From NCBI GenBank assembly GCA_030390025.1, contig CM059431.1, positions 158,474,001 through 158,538,000 on the forward strand: a DNA stretch of 64,000 bases. The letters are read 5' to 3'. Source of the stretch: Squalus acanthias (lineage: Eukaryota). Below the pieces are notes generated by a model, which was not told the DNA's origin, searched no databases, and worked only from the letters and a program-made list of their open reading frames with translations. Position 1 is the stretch's first letter, and each line of letters opens with the position of its first letter. Below, piece after piece: positions 52,270 to 64,000 of the stretch. The position numbers and the translations under genes are program-made.

Positions 52270-53888
52270 GTAGGTTCAGAAAGTAGTTTAAAATGTAATT
52301 TCTTTCCTGACAAAGGGCACGGATCTCGTGCCTGAAACTGCAGCTCACACAGGAAGAGGGAACAGGACAGGGGCTGATTAAAAAGAGGGAAGTGAGTAAC
52401 CATCCAGAGGGGCATCGCAGTCACAGGTGGAGTGAGCCCCTGAGTACTGTAAATGTCCGATAGATACCTGGTATTGGGGGCTGTAAGGCAGATAGACGCA
52501 ATAACTCAGAGGAGCGTCTTCCTGAGCAAAATTGTGGAACCAAGGAGCAGCAGGCCATCCCGAGTGGGGCGGGGCTGAGAGGCAGGTGGGGCACAGGAAA
52601 ATGAGATCAATAGTGCTGGCAGATTCTATAGTCAGGGGAATAGACAGATTCGTCTCCAGCCATGAGCAGCTGCCAAATGGTAAGATGCATCCCTGTTACC
52701 AGAGGGAAGAACATCCTGGAACAGATGGGAAGATCTCCTGGAAGGAAAGAAGAGCAGATCTGAACCAACCAAAAACAATGGTTTAACAGAATAGGTGAAT
52801 GGAGCAATGGGAAGGTTATCAACTGATACGAATGTAAGTGGGAATTATCCGCTTCTGGAGCTAAAGTGCAGAATTAATGAAACTGTCGGTGCCGAAACAG
52901 AATATTTATGAAATAGTGCAAAATTACTAGCAGGAAAACGGAAGTTTGGTTTCGATTAGTGAGAGATGAAGTGATTAGTGTTTAAAAAAATGTAAAATAA
53001 AAAAGGGTCAACATTTCAAAGAATTGGTTTTAGAATTGAATGTTGTGCCTGTAAATGTACACATCATTCCAAAGACAATTGGAAAGTCAGAAGCATGAGA
53101 GATGAGATTTAGTATTTATAGGACAGGGCCTGGGATTTCACTGGACTAAGAGAAATGTTCTTGTTCATAACATTTTGAGGAGAGGGAAAAATAATTGTGG
53201 ACGACAGAATTTATAAAGGTTTCCAGGACAGAGCTAGGAGAACAACAAAACACTTGCATTTCTTTAGCACCTTTAACCTATAAAACGTCCCAAGGCTCTT
53301 CACAGGAGCGTTATCAAACAAAACGTGACATCGAGCCACATAAGGAGAATTGTGACTGGTGACCAAAAGCTTCTTGAAAGAGGTAGGTTTTAAGCAGCGT
53401 CTCAAAGGAGGAAAGATATGACTTGAACACAAGGTTGTTCCTGGGAGCTATGTAAAGATAGATTACGCGCATTTTAGAAGAAAATTGGTAGAGACACTCT
53501 TACACTAATTGAATAATTCGTTCGAAAAAGATGTCATGCCAGTGGACTATCGGATAGCTAAAGTTCTATCTATATTTAAGAAGAGGGGTAGAACATATCT
53601 CGGAAACTATAAACCAGTCAGCTTAACATCGGTAGTTGGAACAATATTGGAATCCGTACTAAAAGAGATAACAGAAATAAAAACATCTAGAAACCAAAAA
53701 TGTAATAATGAATTGGCAACATGGATTTCAAACGGGAAGTCTTACTTGACCAGCATCATTGAATTCTTTGAATAGGGAACAGAGAGATTTTCCATTCATG
53801 GGGCTCTGGCACCAGTACTGGGGAAAGCGACAGCTGTTCCATCGGGATGGGCTCCACTTTAACAGGGCTGGTACCGCATCCTGGCGAA

Positions 53889-54470
53889 TCATAAGAATAT
53901 AAGAACATAAGAAATAGGAGCAGCAGTAGGTCATTCGGCCCTTCGAGCCTGCTCCGCCGTTCATTGGGATCATGGCTGATCTTCAACTCAACTCCATTCA
54001 CCGGCCATATCGCCATATCCCTTGATGCAGTTAGCAGTCAGAAAACTATCGACTTCTGTTTTGAACATACGCAATGCCTGAGCCTCCACATCACTCTGTG
54101 GAAGAGAATTCCAAAGATTCAGCAGCATCTGTGTGTAGAAATGTCTTCGTATCTCAGTCCTGAATGGGCTAACCTTTATCTTGAGTCCGTGGCCCCTGGT
54201 TCGAGACTCCACAGCCAAGGGATACATTCTCCCCGCATCCATCCTATCAAAACCTGTAATAACTTTGTATGCTTCACTGTGATCCCCTTTCATTCTTCTG
54301 AATTCAAGAGAATAAGGGCATAGTTTACTCAATCTCTTTTCATACGACAATCCCGCCATCCTAGGAATCAACCTCGAGAACCTTTGCTGCACTCCCTCTA
54401 TGGCAGGTATATCCTTCCTTCGGTAATGAGACCTAAATTGAACACAGTACTCCAGCTGTGGTCTCACCAT
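53889..54470 (-). mobile_element. Short 5'-truncated CR1
   Basis: ORF 53988-54470 VRPQLEYCVQF..EFRRMKGD; aagaacataagaaataggagc tail. Confidence 0.9.
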
Positions 54471-57400
54471 AAAGGAGCGCTGCTTTGGAGTGGTACGACT
54501 TGGGGAAGGGACCGAGAGCGGGAGCAGTCAAACAACATCTGCGAAACGGCTAAAGTGACGTCACAACCAGGGAAGGAGCTGATTGGTAAGTAGGACTTGG
54601 TGAGTATTTCTGCAGTCCATTCGTTGAAGTAAAAGTTTGGTCTCTCGTTTAGAGCAAGTCGTGTTTAAAATGAAGTAAGGTCCCTCGTGTATTTAATATT
54701 ATTTAATTGAAAGGAAGTATAGGTAGTAAATTAAGGTTAGGACATGGCGCGGCAGCTCGGCTGCGTGAGTTGCTCCTCTTGTGCAATGTGGGAAGTCAGG
54801 GAGACTTTCGGTGTCCAGGGTGAACACGTGCAGGAAATGTCTCTTGATGCAGCTAATCTAAATCCGCGTTTTGGAGCTGGAGCTTCGGCTGGAGTCACTG
54901 TGGAACATCCGTGAAGCTGAGATCTTCGTAGATAGCACGTTTAACGAGTTGGTCACAGCGCAGGTAAAGAGTGCACAGGCAGACAGGGAATGGGTGAACG
55001 CCAGACAGAGTAAAAGAAAGAGGAAGGTAGTGCCGGAGTTCCCTGGGTCCATCTCCCTCAACAACATATTTTCCGATTTGGATACTACTGGGGAAGATGG
55101 TTTCTCAGGGGAATGCAGCAAGAGTCAAGTCCGTGCCACGACGAGTGTCTCACCTGCACAGGAGGGGATGGAAATGAGTGGGGAAGCAATAATGAGAGGG
55201 GATTCTATCGTAAGGGGAACAGATAGACGTTTCTGTGGCCGCAGACGTGACTCCAGGATGGTATGTTGCCTCCCTGATGCCAGGGTCAAGGATGTCACTG
55301 AACGGCTGCAGGGTATTCTGAAGGAGGAGGGAGAACTGTCAGAGGTCGTTGTTCACATTGGTACCAACGACATATGTAGAAAGAGGGATGAGATCATGCA
55401 ACAAGAATTTAGGCAGCTAGGTAGCAGATTAAAAAGCAGGACCTCAAAGTTTGTAATCTCTGGAGTACTCCCGGTGCCACGTGATAGGGAGTATAGGAAT
55501 AGGAGGATCGAGCAGATGAATGCGTGGCTAATGTGTTGGTGCATGAGGAAGGTCTTTAGTTTCCTGGATCACTTTGTCTGTTTCCGGGGAAGGTGGGACC
55601 TGTACAAGTCGGACGGTTTGCAACTGAACCGGATAGGGACCAACATCCTTGCGGGGAGGTTTGCTAGCACTGTTCGGGGGTGGGGGGGGGGTGGGGAGGG
55701 GGTAAAACTAACTTGGCAGGGGGATGGGATACGGAGTGGAGCTGTAGTAGGGGAGTGATGATATTGTTGCTATCAAAGAGACATCGTTAATGGAGGGGCA
55801 AGACTGACAGCTCAATATTCCGTGGTATAGGTTCTTCAGGATAGACAGAGAGGGATGTAAAACAGTAGGGGGTGTCGCAATATTACTTAAGGTGTCAATT
55901 ACTGCTGTAAGGAGGGATGATATCTCAGCACGTTCCTCTAATTAGGCCATATCGGTAGAGCTTAAAAACAACAAGGGGGCAAGCACTTTGCTGGGAGTGT
56001 ACTATAGGCCCCCAAACAGTCAGGGGGAGATCGAGGAACAGATATGTAGGCAAATCTCAGACAAGTGTCGAAATAATAAGGCAATAATATTAGGGGATTT
56101 CAACTTTCCCAATATTAACTGGGATAGTCAGAATGTGAAAGGCTTAGTGGTTGCGGAATTCTTAAAGTGCATCCAGGAGAGCTTTTGAGCCAGCATGTAG
56201 AAATTCATACAAGAGAGGGGGCGGTACCAGACGTAATTTCAAGGAATGTAGCCGGTCAAGTGGTAGAACTGTCAGTAGGAGATCATTTTGTTGACAGTGA
56301 TCATAGTTCGGTGAGATTTAAGGTAGACGTGGAAAAGGACAAAGATGGACCGGAAATCAAGGTTCTAAATTGTGGATAGACCGATTTTATATGGTAAGGC
56401 AGGATCTGGACAAAGTGGACTGGGATCAGCTGCTTGTAGGAAAATCCACATCATAGCAGTGGGTGTCTTTTAGAAAGGAAATAGAGAGGGTACAACGGCA
56501 ACATGTTCCCTTCAAGGTCAAGGGTAGGACCAACACACGCAGGAAACCAAGGATGTCAAGGGATATACATGAATGGATTATGAAAAAAAGCGGCTTTTGG
56601 CAGATAAAAAGAACAAAAAACTGCGGAAGCAATGTAGGAGTATAGAAAGTGCAGGGGGGTACTTAAGAAAGAAAATAGGAGAGCGAAGAGGGGGCATGAA
56701 AAAACATTGGCGGGCAAAAAAAAGGAAAATCACAAGGTGTTTTATAAGTATATTAAGGGCAAGTGGATAACCAGGGAAAGAGTAGAGTCCTTTAGGGATC
56801 AAAATGGCAGACTGTGTGTGGAGCCAGAAGACGTGGGTGAGGTTTTGAATGAATATTTTGTGTGTGTGAATGTGTTCACTATGGAGTAGGTCGATGTAAG
56901 CATACAAATCAGGCAGGGCGATTGTGATATACTTGAATCAATTAGTATTGAGAGGGATGAGGTAAAAGCGGGTTTAGCGGGCTCAAACGTCGATAATTCC
57001 CCAGGCCCAGACGAGATGTATCCCAGGCTGCTGTGTGAGTCAAGGGAGGAGATTGCAGGGGCTCTGACACACATTTTCAGAACCACTCTGGCCACAGGGG
57101 AGGGGCCAGAGGACTGGAGGACACTAACATAGTACCATTATTCAAGAAGAGTTGTAGGGATAAATCAGGGAATTACAGGCCACTGAGCCTAAGATCAGTG
57201 GTAGGGAAATTATTGGAAAACATTCTGAGGGACAGCATTAGTCTCCACTTGGAGAGGCAAGTATTAATCAAAGATAAGCCAGCATGGCTTTGTCAGGGGG
57301 AGATCATATCTAACCAATTTGATTGAATTTTTCGAGGGGGTGACTAGGTGTGCAGATGAGCATAGTGCAGTTGATGTAGTCTACATGGACTTCAGTAAGG

Positions 57401-58470
57401 CTTTAGACAAATACCCGCATGGGAGACTGGTCAAGAATGTAAGAGCCCATGCGATCCAGCGCACTTTGGCACATTGGATTCAAAATTGGCTGAGTGGCAG
57501 GAGGCAGAGGGTGATGCTCGAAGGTTATATTTCTGACTGAAAGCCTGTGTCCAGTAGTGTACAGCAGGGATCGGTGCTGGCTCCTTTGCTGTTTGTAGTG
57601 TACATTAATGATTTAGATATGAATGTAGGAGGTATGATCAGTAAGTTCGCAGATAACAGGAAAATTGTTGGAGTGATAAATAGCGCGGAGGGAAGCCTGA
57701 GGCTGCAGGACGATATAGACGGGTTGGGCACATGGGCAGAACAGTGGCAAATGGAATTTAATCCTGAAAAGTGAGAAGATATGCATTTTGGGAGGACTAA
57801 CAATCAAAGGAATAAACAATGAATGGTAGGAGCCCAGGGAGGACAGAGGGCCAGAGTGACATTGGTGTGCATGTACACAGATCCCTGAAGGCAGCAGGAC
57901 AGATAGATAAGGTGGTTAAAAAGGCATATGGGATACTTGCCTTCAATAGCCGAGGCATAGAATATAAGAGCGGGGTGGTTATGATGGAGCTGCACAAAAC
58001 GCTAGTTAGGCACAGATTGAATAATGTGTGCAGTCCTGGTCGCCACACTATAGGAAGGATGTGATTGCATTGGAGACGGTGCAGAGGAGATTCACGAGGA
58101 TGTTACCTGGGCTGGAGCACTACAGCTATGAAGAGAGACTGGACAGGCTGGGGTTGTTATAGTTAGAGCAGAGATGGCTGAGGGAGGAGCTGGTTGAGGT
58201 GTACAAAATTATGAGGTGCATAGATAGGGTAGATAGAAAGGAACGGTTTCCCTTACTAGAGGGCTCAATTAGCAGAGGGCATAGTATCAAGGTAAGGGTC
58301 AAGAGGTTTGGAGGCGACTTGAGAAAAAATACATTCACCCAGAGGGTGGTTGGAATCTGGAACACACAGTCTGAACGGCTACGGACGAAGTGCTGGAAAA
58401 TGGGATTAGAATAGATAGGGCTTGATGGCCGAAGGGCCTCTTTCCATGCTGTATAAATCTATAACTTTAT
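54471..58470 (+). mobile_element. Near full-length decayed CR1 (5' UTR, ORF1 esterase ~54744-55758, ORF2)
   Basis: GDSIVRGTD, HIGTND, DGLQLN; endonuclease GVYYRPPN and ILGDFNF; RT pieces up to ~58410. Confidence 0.9.
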
Positions 58471-60676
58471 ATAATTGGAGTAATACTTATTTACTCCAGT
58501 ACTCAAATTCTCTTGTAATGAGGGCCATAATACCATTTGCCTTCCTGATGGCTTGCTGCACCTGCACATTCACTTACAATGACTCATGGACAAGGACTCC
58601 CAGGTCCCTTTGAGCAACTGCATTCCCCAATCTTCCACCATTTAGGAAATACACTTCCTCTCTGTTTTTTCTACCACAGTGGGTAACTTCAAATTTATCC
58701 ACATTATATTCCAGCTGCCATGTTCTCGCCCACTCACTGAGCCTGTCGAGATCCCCTTGAAGCCTCTTCACATCCTCTTCGCAACTGCCAACTAGCTTTG
58801 TATCATCAGCAAATTTAGAAATGTTACATTTAGTCCCCTCATCCAAATTATTGATATAGATTGTGAATATCTAAACCCCAAGTACCGATCCTTGCTGTAC
58901 CCCACTAGTCACAGCTTGCCATCCTGAAAAAGACCCGTTAATTCATACTCTGTGTTTTCTTTCTGTTAACCAATTTTCAATACATACTAGTATATTACCC
59001 CCAATTCCATGTGCCCTATTTTGTTCACGAATCTCTTCTGTGGGACCATATCGAAGGCCTTCTGAAAATCCAGATGCAACACATCCACCGGTTTCCCTTT
59101 GTCTGCACCACTAGTTACATCCTCAAAGAAAGCCAATAGGTTTGTCACACAGGATTTTCCTTTCATAGGTCCATGTTGACTCTGCCCAATCTTACTATTA
59201 GTTTCCAAGTGCCCAGTTATTGCATCCAGAATTTTCTCAACTACTGATGTCAGGCTCACAGCTCTGTAGTTCCCCGTTTTCTCCCCCTCCTTTCTTAAAT
59301 AGCGGGGTTACATTTCTAATCCTCCAATCTGCAGGAACCTTTCCAGAATCTATAGAATTTTGGAAGAATCGGATAACTCGGGCAGTGGATAGGGCTTTAA
59401 ACTAAAAAAAAATGTGGGGATGTTTCAGGTGAGGGGAAATTTAGAAATTTAAAGAGAATGGTCAAGGCTATAGAGTAGTGCAGTGATTTGAGCAAAATTA
59501 AACAGAGTGTGACAGGAAGGGACAGAATGTTTAATGGTAGCAGTGCAGCAGAGAATAAGATCAAAGCAGGGAATATAGGTAAGACAATTAAAGTAAAGCC
59601 TCTGTATCTGAATGCATGAAGCATTTGTAACACGATTGACGAACTGGTGGCACCGATAGAGCTAAATGGGTTTGATCTAATAGCCATTACAGTGACATGG
59701 ATGCAAGGTGGCCAAGGTTGGGAACTAAATGCTCCAGGGTACTTGACGTTTCGAAAAGACAGGCAGAATGGAAAAGGAGGGGAGGAGCCCTGATAATAAA
59801 AGATGACATAAGGACAGTAGCGGGACAGGATCTCGGTTTAGAAGATCAGGAAGTAGCATTAGTGTGGGTGGAGATGAGGAATAACAAGGTATAGAAACCA
59901 CTGTTGGGAGTAGTATACAGGTCCCCTAACAATATCTATACTGTTGAACAGAATATTAATCAAGAAATAGGAGCTTGCAACAAAGTTAATGCAATAATCT
60001 TGGGGGACTTTAATCTTCATATATACTGGATAAATCAAATTGGCAAAGGTAGTCTGGAGGACCAGTTCATGGAATACATTTGGGACAGTTTGCTAGAGCA
60101 ATATGTCATGGAACCAATCAGGGAACATGCTATTTTAGACTTTTTTATTGTGTAATGAGACAGTGTTAATTAGAAATCTCATGGTAAAGGATCCACTGGG
60201 GCAGAGTTATCATAATATGATAGAATTTCACGTTAATTTTGAGAGTGACTTGCCTAAGTCCGAAACTAGAGTCTTAAACTTAAATAAAGCCAATTACATA
60301 GGTATGAGGGGCGAGTTGGCTGAGCTAGATTGGAAAAATAGATTAAAAGGTATGGTGCTTCGTAAGCAGTGGCTAGGATGTAAAGATATATTCCATAATT
60401 CTCCACAAAAATGCATTCAATTGAGAAACAAAAACACCACGGGAAATGCTATCCATCCGCGGCTAACTAAAGAAGTTAAGGATAGCACAAGATTGAAGGA
60501 AGAACATTACAATGTTGCAAAGAATAATTGTAGGCCTGAGGATTGGGAGAGTTTCAAAAACCAGCAAAGGTTGAACAAAAAATTTACAAAAAGGGGGAAA
60601 AATAGAATATGATATAAAACTAGCAAGAAATATAAAAGCAGATTTTAAAATGTTCTACAAGTATGTAAAAAGGAAA
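58471..60676. mobile_element. Duplicated CR1(-)/CR1(+) pair, paralog of 1681-3890
   Basis: Same junction ttttggaagaatcggataactcggg at ~2575 and ~59360. Confidence 0.9.
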
Positions 60677-60689
60677 ATAATTAAATGAT

Positions 60690-62634
60690 TGTTGCATGTC
60701 AATGCCCCTTTGGGACTATCACGGATTAGGCATATTTTCCAGATGTTCACTTTCAACTAAAGGTTGAGGTCGCCGAATCCTAAAGACACTTATCTAGTTC
60801 ATACGATCCGGTTTATCTCTCCTTAATGGAAAGGAGCAACCCGAGAATTTTGCCGTCCTCCAGATAGCACTTTTAATAAGATTAGCCTGACTGTAACTTC
60901 CCGGATATTATGAGGTACCCGAGATCTCCACTCAGAAATGTACGTCTTCACCACAGTGTTCGCGAGATTTGGATGCAGAAGATTTATGTGAGATAATTCT
61001 AAAAATATATATGGCCAGAAATTCTGCTCTTGTCGGGTGAGTACTCGCTGTGTGCTCGCCCGTAAGGTCACCAGAAGTGCCGGTTTCCTGCATGCACTGC
61101 ACATGCGCGGGAAACCGGAACTTCCGTTCCCCTGAAGGAAGTGTTTCAGTAGTGGAACGCGTGCACAGGAGGGGCTGCGTGACGCAGCAAGCTGCGTTTT
61201 TTTTTCAGGTTTCTCCGGGAAAGCTGCACTTTTAAAAAAGAGGCGCAATGCCTGTTTTTTAAAAAGGTAAGTGGTTAATTAATTACAATTTAAACATTTT
61301 TTCAACAGGTTTATCTTTTTTAGATACTTTAAAGAAAGGTAAGTTTATTTTTAGCACCGCTAAAACGTCTAATTAACTTTTTCAAAAATGTATATTTTTG
61401 TTTAAAATAGTAAATTTATGTAACTTATAGTTATTTCAAAAATGTGATTTAAAAACAAAAATATTTGATGTTTAAGTGTGGTTGTGGGGCCGATCTCTAT
61501 TCATAGATTTTACAGGTTTTCCTGTTAAATCTATGAATGAAAATGCCCTGTTAGGATTGGCTCTCCATGGCCCACGTGATCCCCGGGGACGCATCGAACT
61601 AACTGCACCCCTGAGATACGCAAGCACTGCGCGCCGGCGGCTGGCAGAGGTCCAGGAGCCGAAGTCCTCGTGGGCCCAAAGCACAACGGCAGGAGCGGTA
61701 GGCAAGTACGCGCGTGATGCTTGACCCGCAGGAAGCCGGAAAGCCGAATTTCTGGCCCATAGAGTCTTATTAAAAGAACCGACACACCGTTTACAGTTGA
61801 TGAATCAGTCAGTCACAACGTTAACAGATCTAAAAAGGGAAAAAATACAATCTTATTTTTAACACAGAATCTTATATTTCAATCTTAACTTCGCTGCAAT
61901 ATTACAGTTCTTAAATTTTTCTATAACGATGTCCAGGAAACCAACAAGTTAGCAATTACCTGAATCCCCGAAGAACAAAAGTGTAAAGGAGTACTGAGAC
62001 GTCCCTGTTGTCGACAATCGCTTTGCCCGATTAAAGCGAGTCTGATTATCTCATTCGAGACTACAATATTTATACCCTTTTTCAGTTGTATTTCATAAGG
62101 CTTCTGTTGATCCAAGTTAGTTATCACTAATCATCTTTATGCTAACCCCTGCACATCCTACTGCCACATCATCAATAGCAGTTGGGAGCTTACCATTTAT
62201 TATCATCGGGCAGATGTCCTTTACCTCATTTGTCATCCATAAGAGGATTAATGAAGATCATTTATCCAGGGTTGACCATTGTCCTGTTTTAATAAGTTTT
62301 CCCATTCGAGGCCAACAGTTCTGCTGTTTTAATAAGGTTACTTATTCAGGGTCAACAACTGTCCTGTTCCAATAGCCAGAATTCTTTCATAGCTAGGATT
62401 TCCAAATTTCCAAATCCAGCGTTTTATGTTTTGAAGCATGTATAAGGTAGTATTCCTTATTAGGTATTATTCAGGGTCAACACCTGTCCTGTCTCAACAA
62501 GGCCATAATTATTTCATAGTTACAATTTCCAAATCCAAATTGTCATGTTTTTAAAGAAGCTATAAGGTAAAAATTCTTATAAGGTATTGTATTCGTCCAA
62601 AGAAATTATAAGTTAGAATTTCTTCATTTGGTTG
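60690..62634 (-). mobile_element. Second copy of the solo-LTR-like element, interrupted by a MITE and by Gypsy copy 2
   Basis: Colinear with 3904-5086. Confidence 0.55.
61012..61758. mobile_element. Non-autonomous TIR DNA transposon (MITE), possibly PIF/Harbinger-like
   Basis: Ends tGGCCAGAAATTC ... GAATTTCTGGCCc flanked by ATA on both sides; absent from the paralog at ~4215. Confidence 0.75.
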
Positions 62635-64000
62635 TGACGTAATAAAGACTCACTACGCACTTGAACATAAAGCAAGGCTTCAATCAACTTGTAACAAAAC
62701 ATGGAGGTCTAGTTAGCAGTCACCAGCTTCCTGTTTCCAGATTGTCTCGGCCCAAAGTGGGCCCATGCCTGAGTATTTATACTCCCTGGACGACGCCCCA
62801 GCTGACCGCCCAGTAGTACTTCCTGAGTTGTTACTTGTGATTTATGACATTCTTCCTCCCTAAAAGGTTTGGAAGTCCAGTCTTCCTTTAATGGACTAGG
62901 CGGACCAGAAATAACCGTAGACGTTTAGCTCTCTGCTTGTGACCGGAAGGCACGTCTCCCCGGTCCGTGTCCTGGTCCCTGGGTCGCTTGGCCCGTACCG
63001 GTAAGTCAGTAGAGTCCGCGTCATCTTGATCATCCTGTGGAGGACTGGGAATATCATGACTCCGGGTGCGGGTCCCCACAGGTGCTGAGCTGGCCTCATC
63101 CCGGGTCGTGGCTGGAGATTGTCCGGTGTCCTGGTTTCGGGTGGCCATCCTACGGGGAGCGTCCAGCTCCCTGAGTTGATCCGGTAGCGTTGCCGGCAGA
63201 TCCCCCGATGTCCCAGGCGGGGCGTCATTTTCATAGGGGTGCGGAGTGTTGATATCATTGTCGGGGGATCCTTCATCATTCGGGCCCGTGTGACCGGTTG
63301 GGCAGTGAGCCAGATCTCGGAGCGAGACGGTGGTCTCCCGGCCATCAGGGTACCGTACGTGCGCATACGTGGGGTTTACCTCCGTTAACTCCACCTCGTC
63401 AACGAGAGGTTCGTTTTTGGCATACCGGACGAACCTCCGGAGTAGTACTGGGCCTGGAGCCACCAACCATGACGGTAGAGACGTCCCATGTGTAGAGCGA
63501 CGCCGGAATTTGAAGAATCGCTCATGAGGCGTGACATTAGTAGATGTGGAGAGAAGAGACCTGATAGAGTGTAACGCGTCGGGGAGCACCGTTTCCCACT
63601 GCTGGTCCGGCAGGTTGCGTGACCTTAGTGCCAGACGGACAGCGTTCCAGATGATGGCATTGTATCGTTCAACCTGTCCGATATCGATTGGGTGATATGG
63701 TGTCGTCCTACTTGAGGCGATTCCCCGTTGCGAGAGATAACTTTTAAGTTCACTCGACATAAAGGAGGGACCCCGATCAGTGTGGATAAAATTGGCCGTC
63801 CCGCAAAGGGAAAAGACCTGATCGAGGCATTTAATTACCGTAGAGGTAAGCATATTAGGGCAGGGGAAGGCGAAGGGAAAGCGTGAATACTCGTCCACCA
63901 TCGTAAGTAGGTAGGTGTTCCTTGTCGACGAAGGCAATGGCCCTTTAAATCTATGCTGAGCCTCTGCATAGGCTGCATTGCATGTATGAGTAAGCCATCT
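62635..64000 (-). mobile_element. Gypsy copy 2: 3' LTR 62635-62849, PPT, integrase ORF 62888-63937; runs off the window
   Basis: Nearly identical to copy 1; left flank GGTTG at 62630-62634; 1-nt frameshift near 63949 relative to copy 1. Confidence 0.95.

Larger units (their letters stand above)
56880..62634 (+). repeat. Segmental duplication of 1-5086 (period ~56.9 kb)
   Basis: Same order and junctions of four different TE pieces. Confidence 0.93.

Noticed and set aside
1..64000. CRISPR arrays, prokaryotic operons, rRNA/tRNA genes, Ig/TCR V segments with RSS, NACHT exon
   Set aside because: None seen; the repeats have no unique spacers and all long ORFs derive from TEs or satellite

Overview
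Eukaryotic, repeat-dense vertebrate DNA. I infer a cartilaginous fish (shark-like) from the CR1, L2 and Zenon-like LINE mix; this is not proven. Most of the window is nested transposable elements: many CR1 LINEs (two essentially full-length, one with ORF2 broken by a single stop), L2 LINEs, CR1/Zenon-like LINEs, two copies of a short-LTR Gypsy element, a solo-LTR-like insert, a TIR MITE and two G-rich minisatellite arrays. No complete host gene is visible. The window is one period of a ~57 kb tandem segmental duplication (1-5086 recurs at ~56880-62634), built from older sub-duplicated cassettes. The cassettes carry promoter-like DNA and small plus-strand exons, including three paralogous phase-1/phase-1 exons. 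Two of these have a strong-Kozak ATG, and their peptides have diverged mostly non-synonymously. No gene body lies between them. The Gypsy element has no tRNA-type primer-binding site (PBS); instead it has a 13-nt segment complementary to its own LTR (possible self-priming), a YLDN RT motif, and a chimeric end that captured flank from a paralogous insertion site. Boundaries of decayed repeats are approximate (tens of bp).
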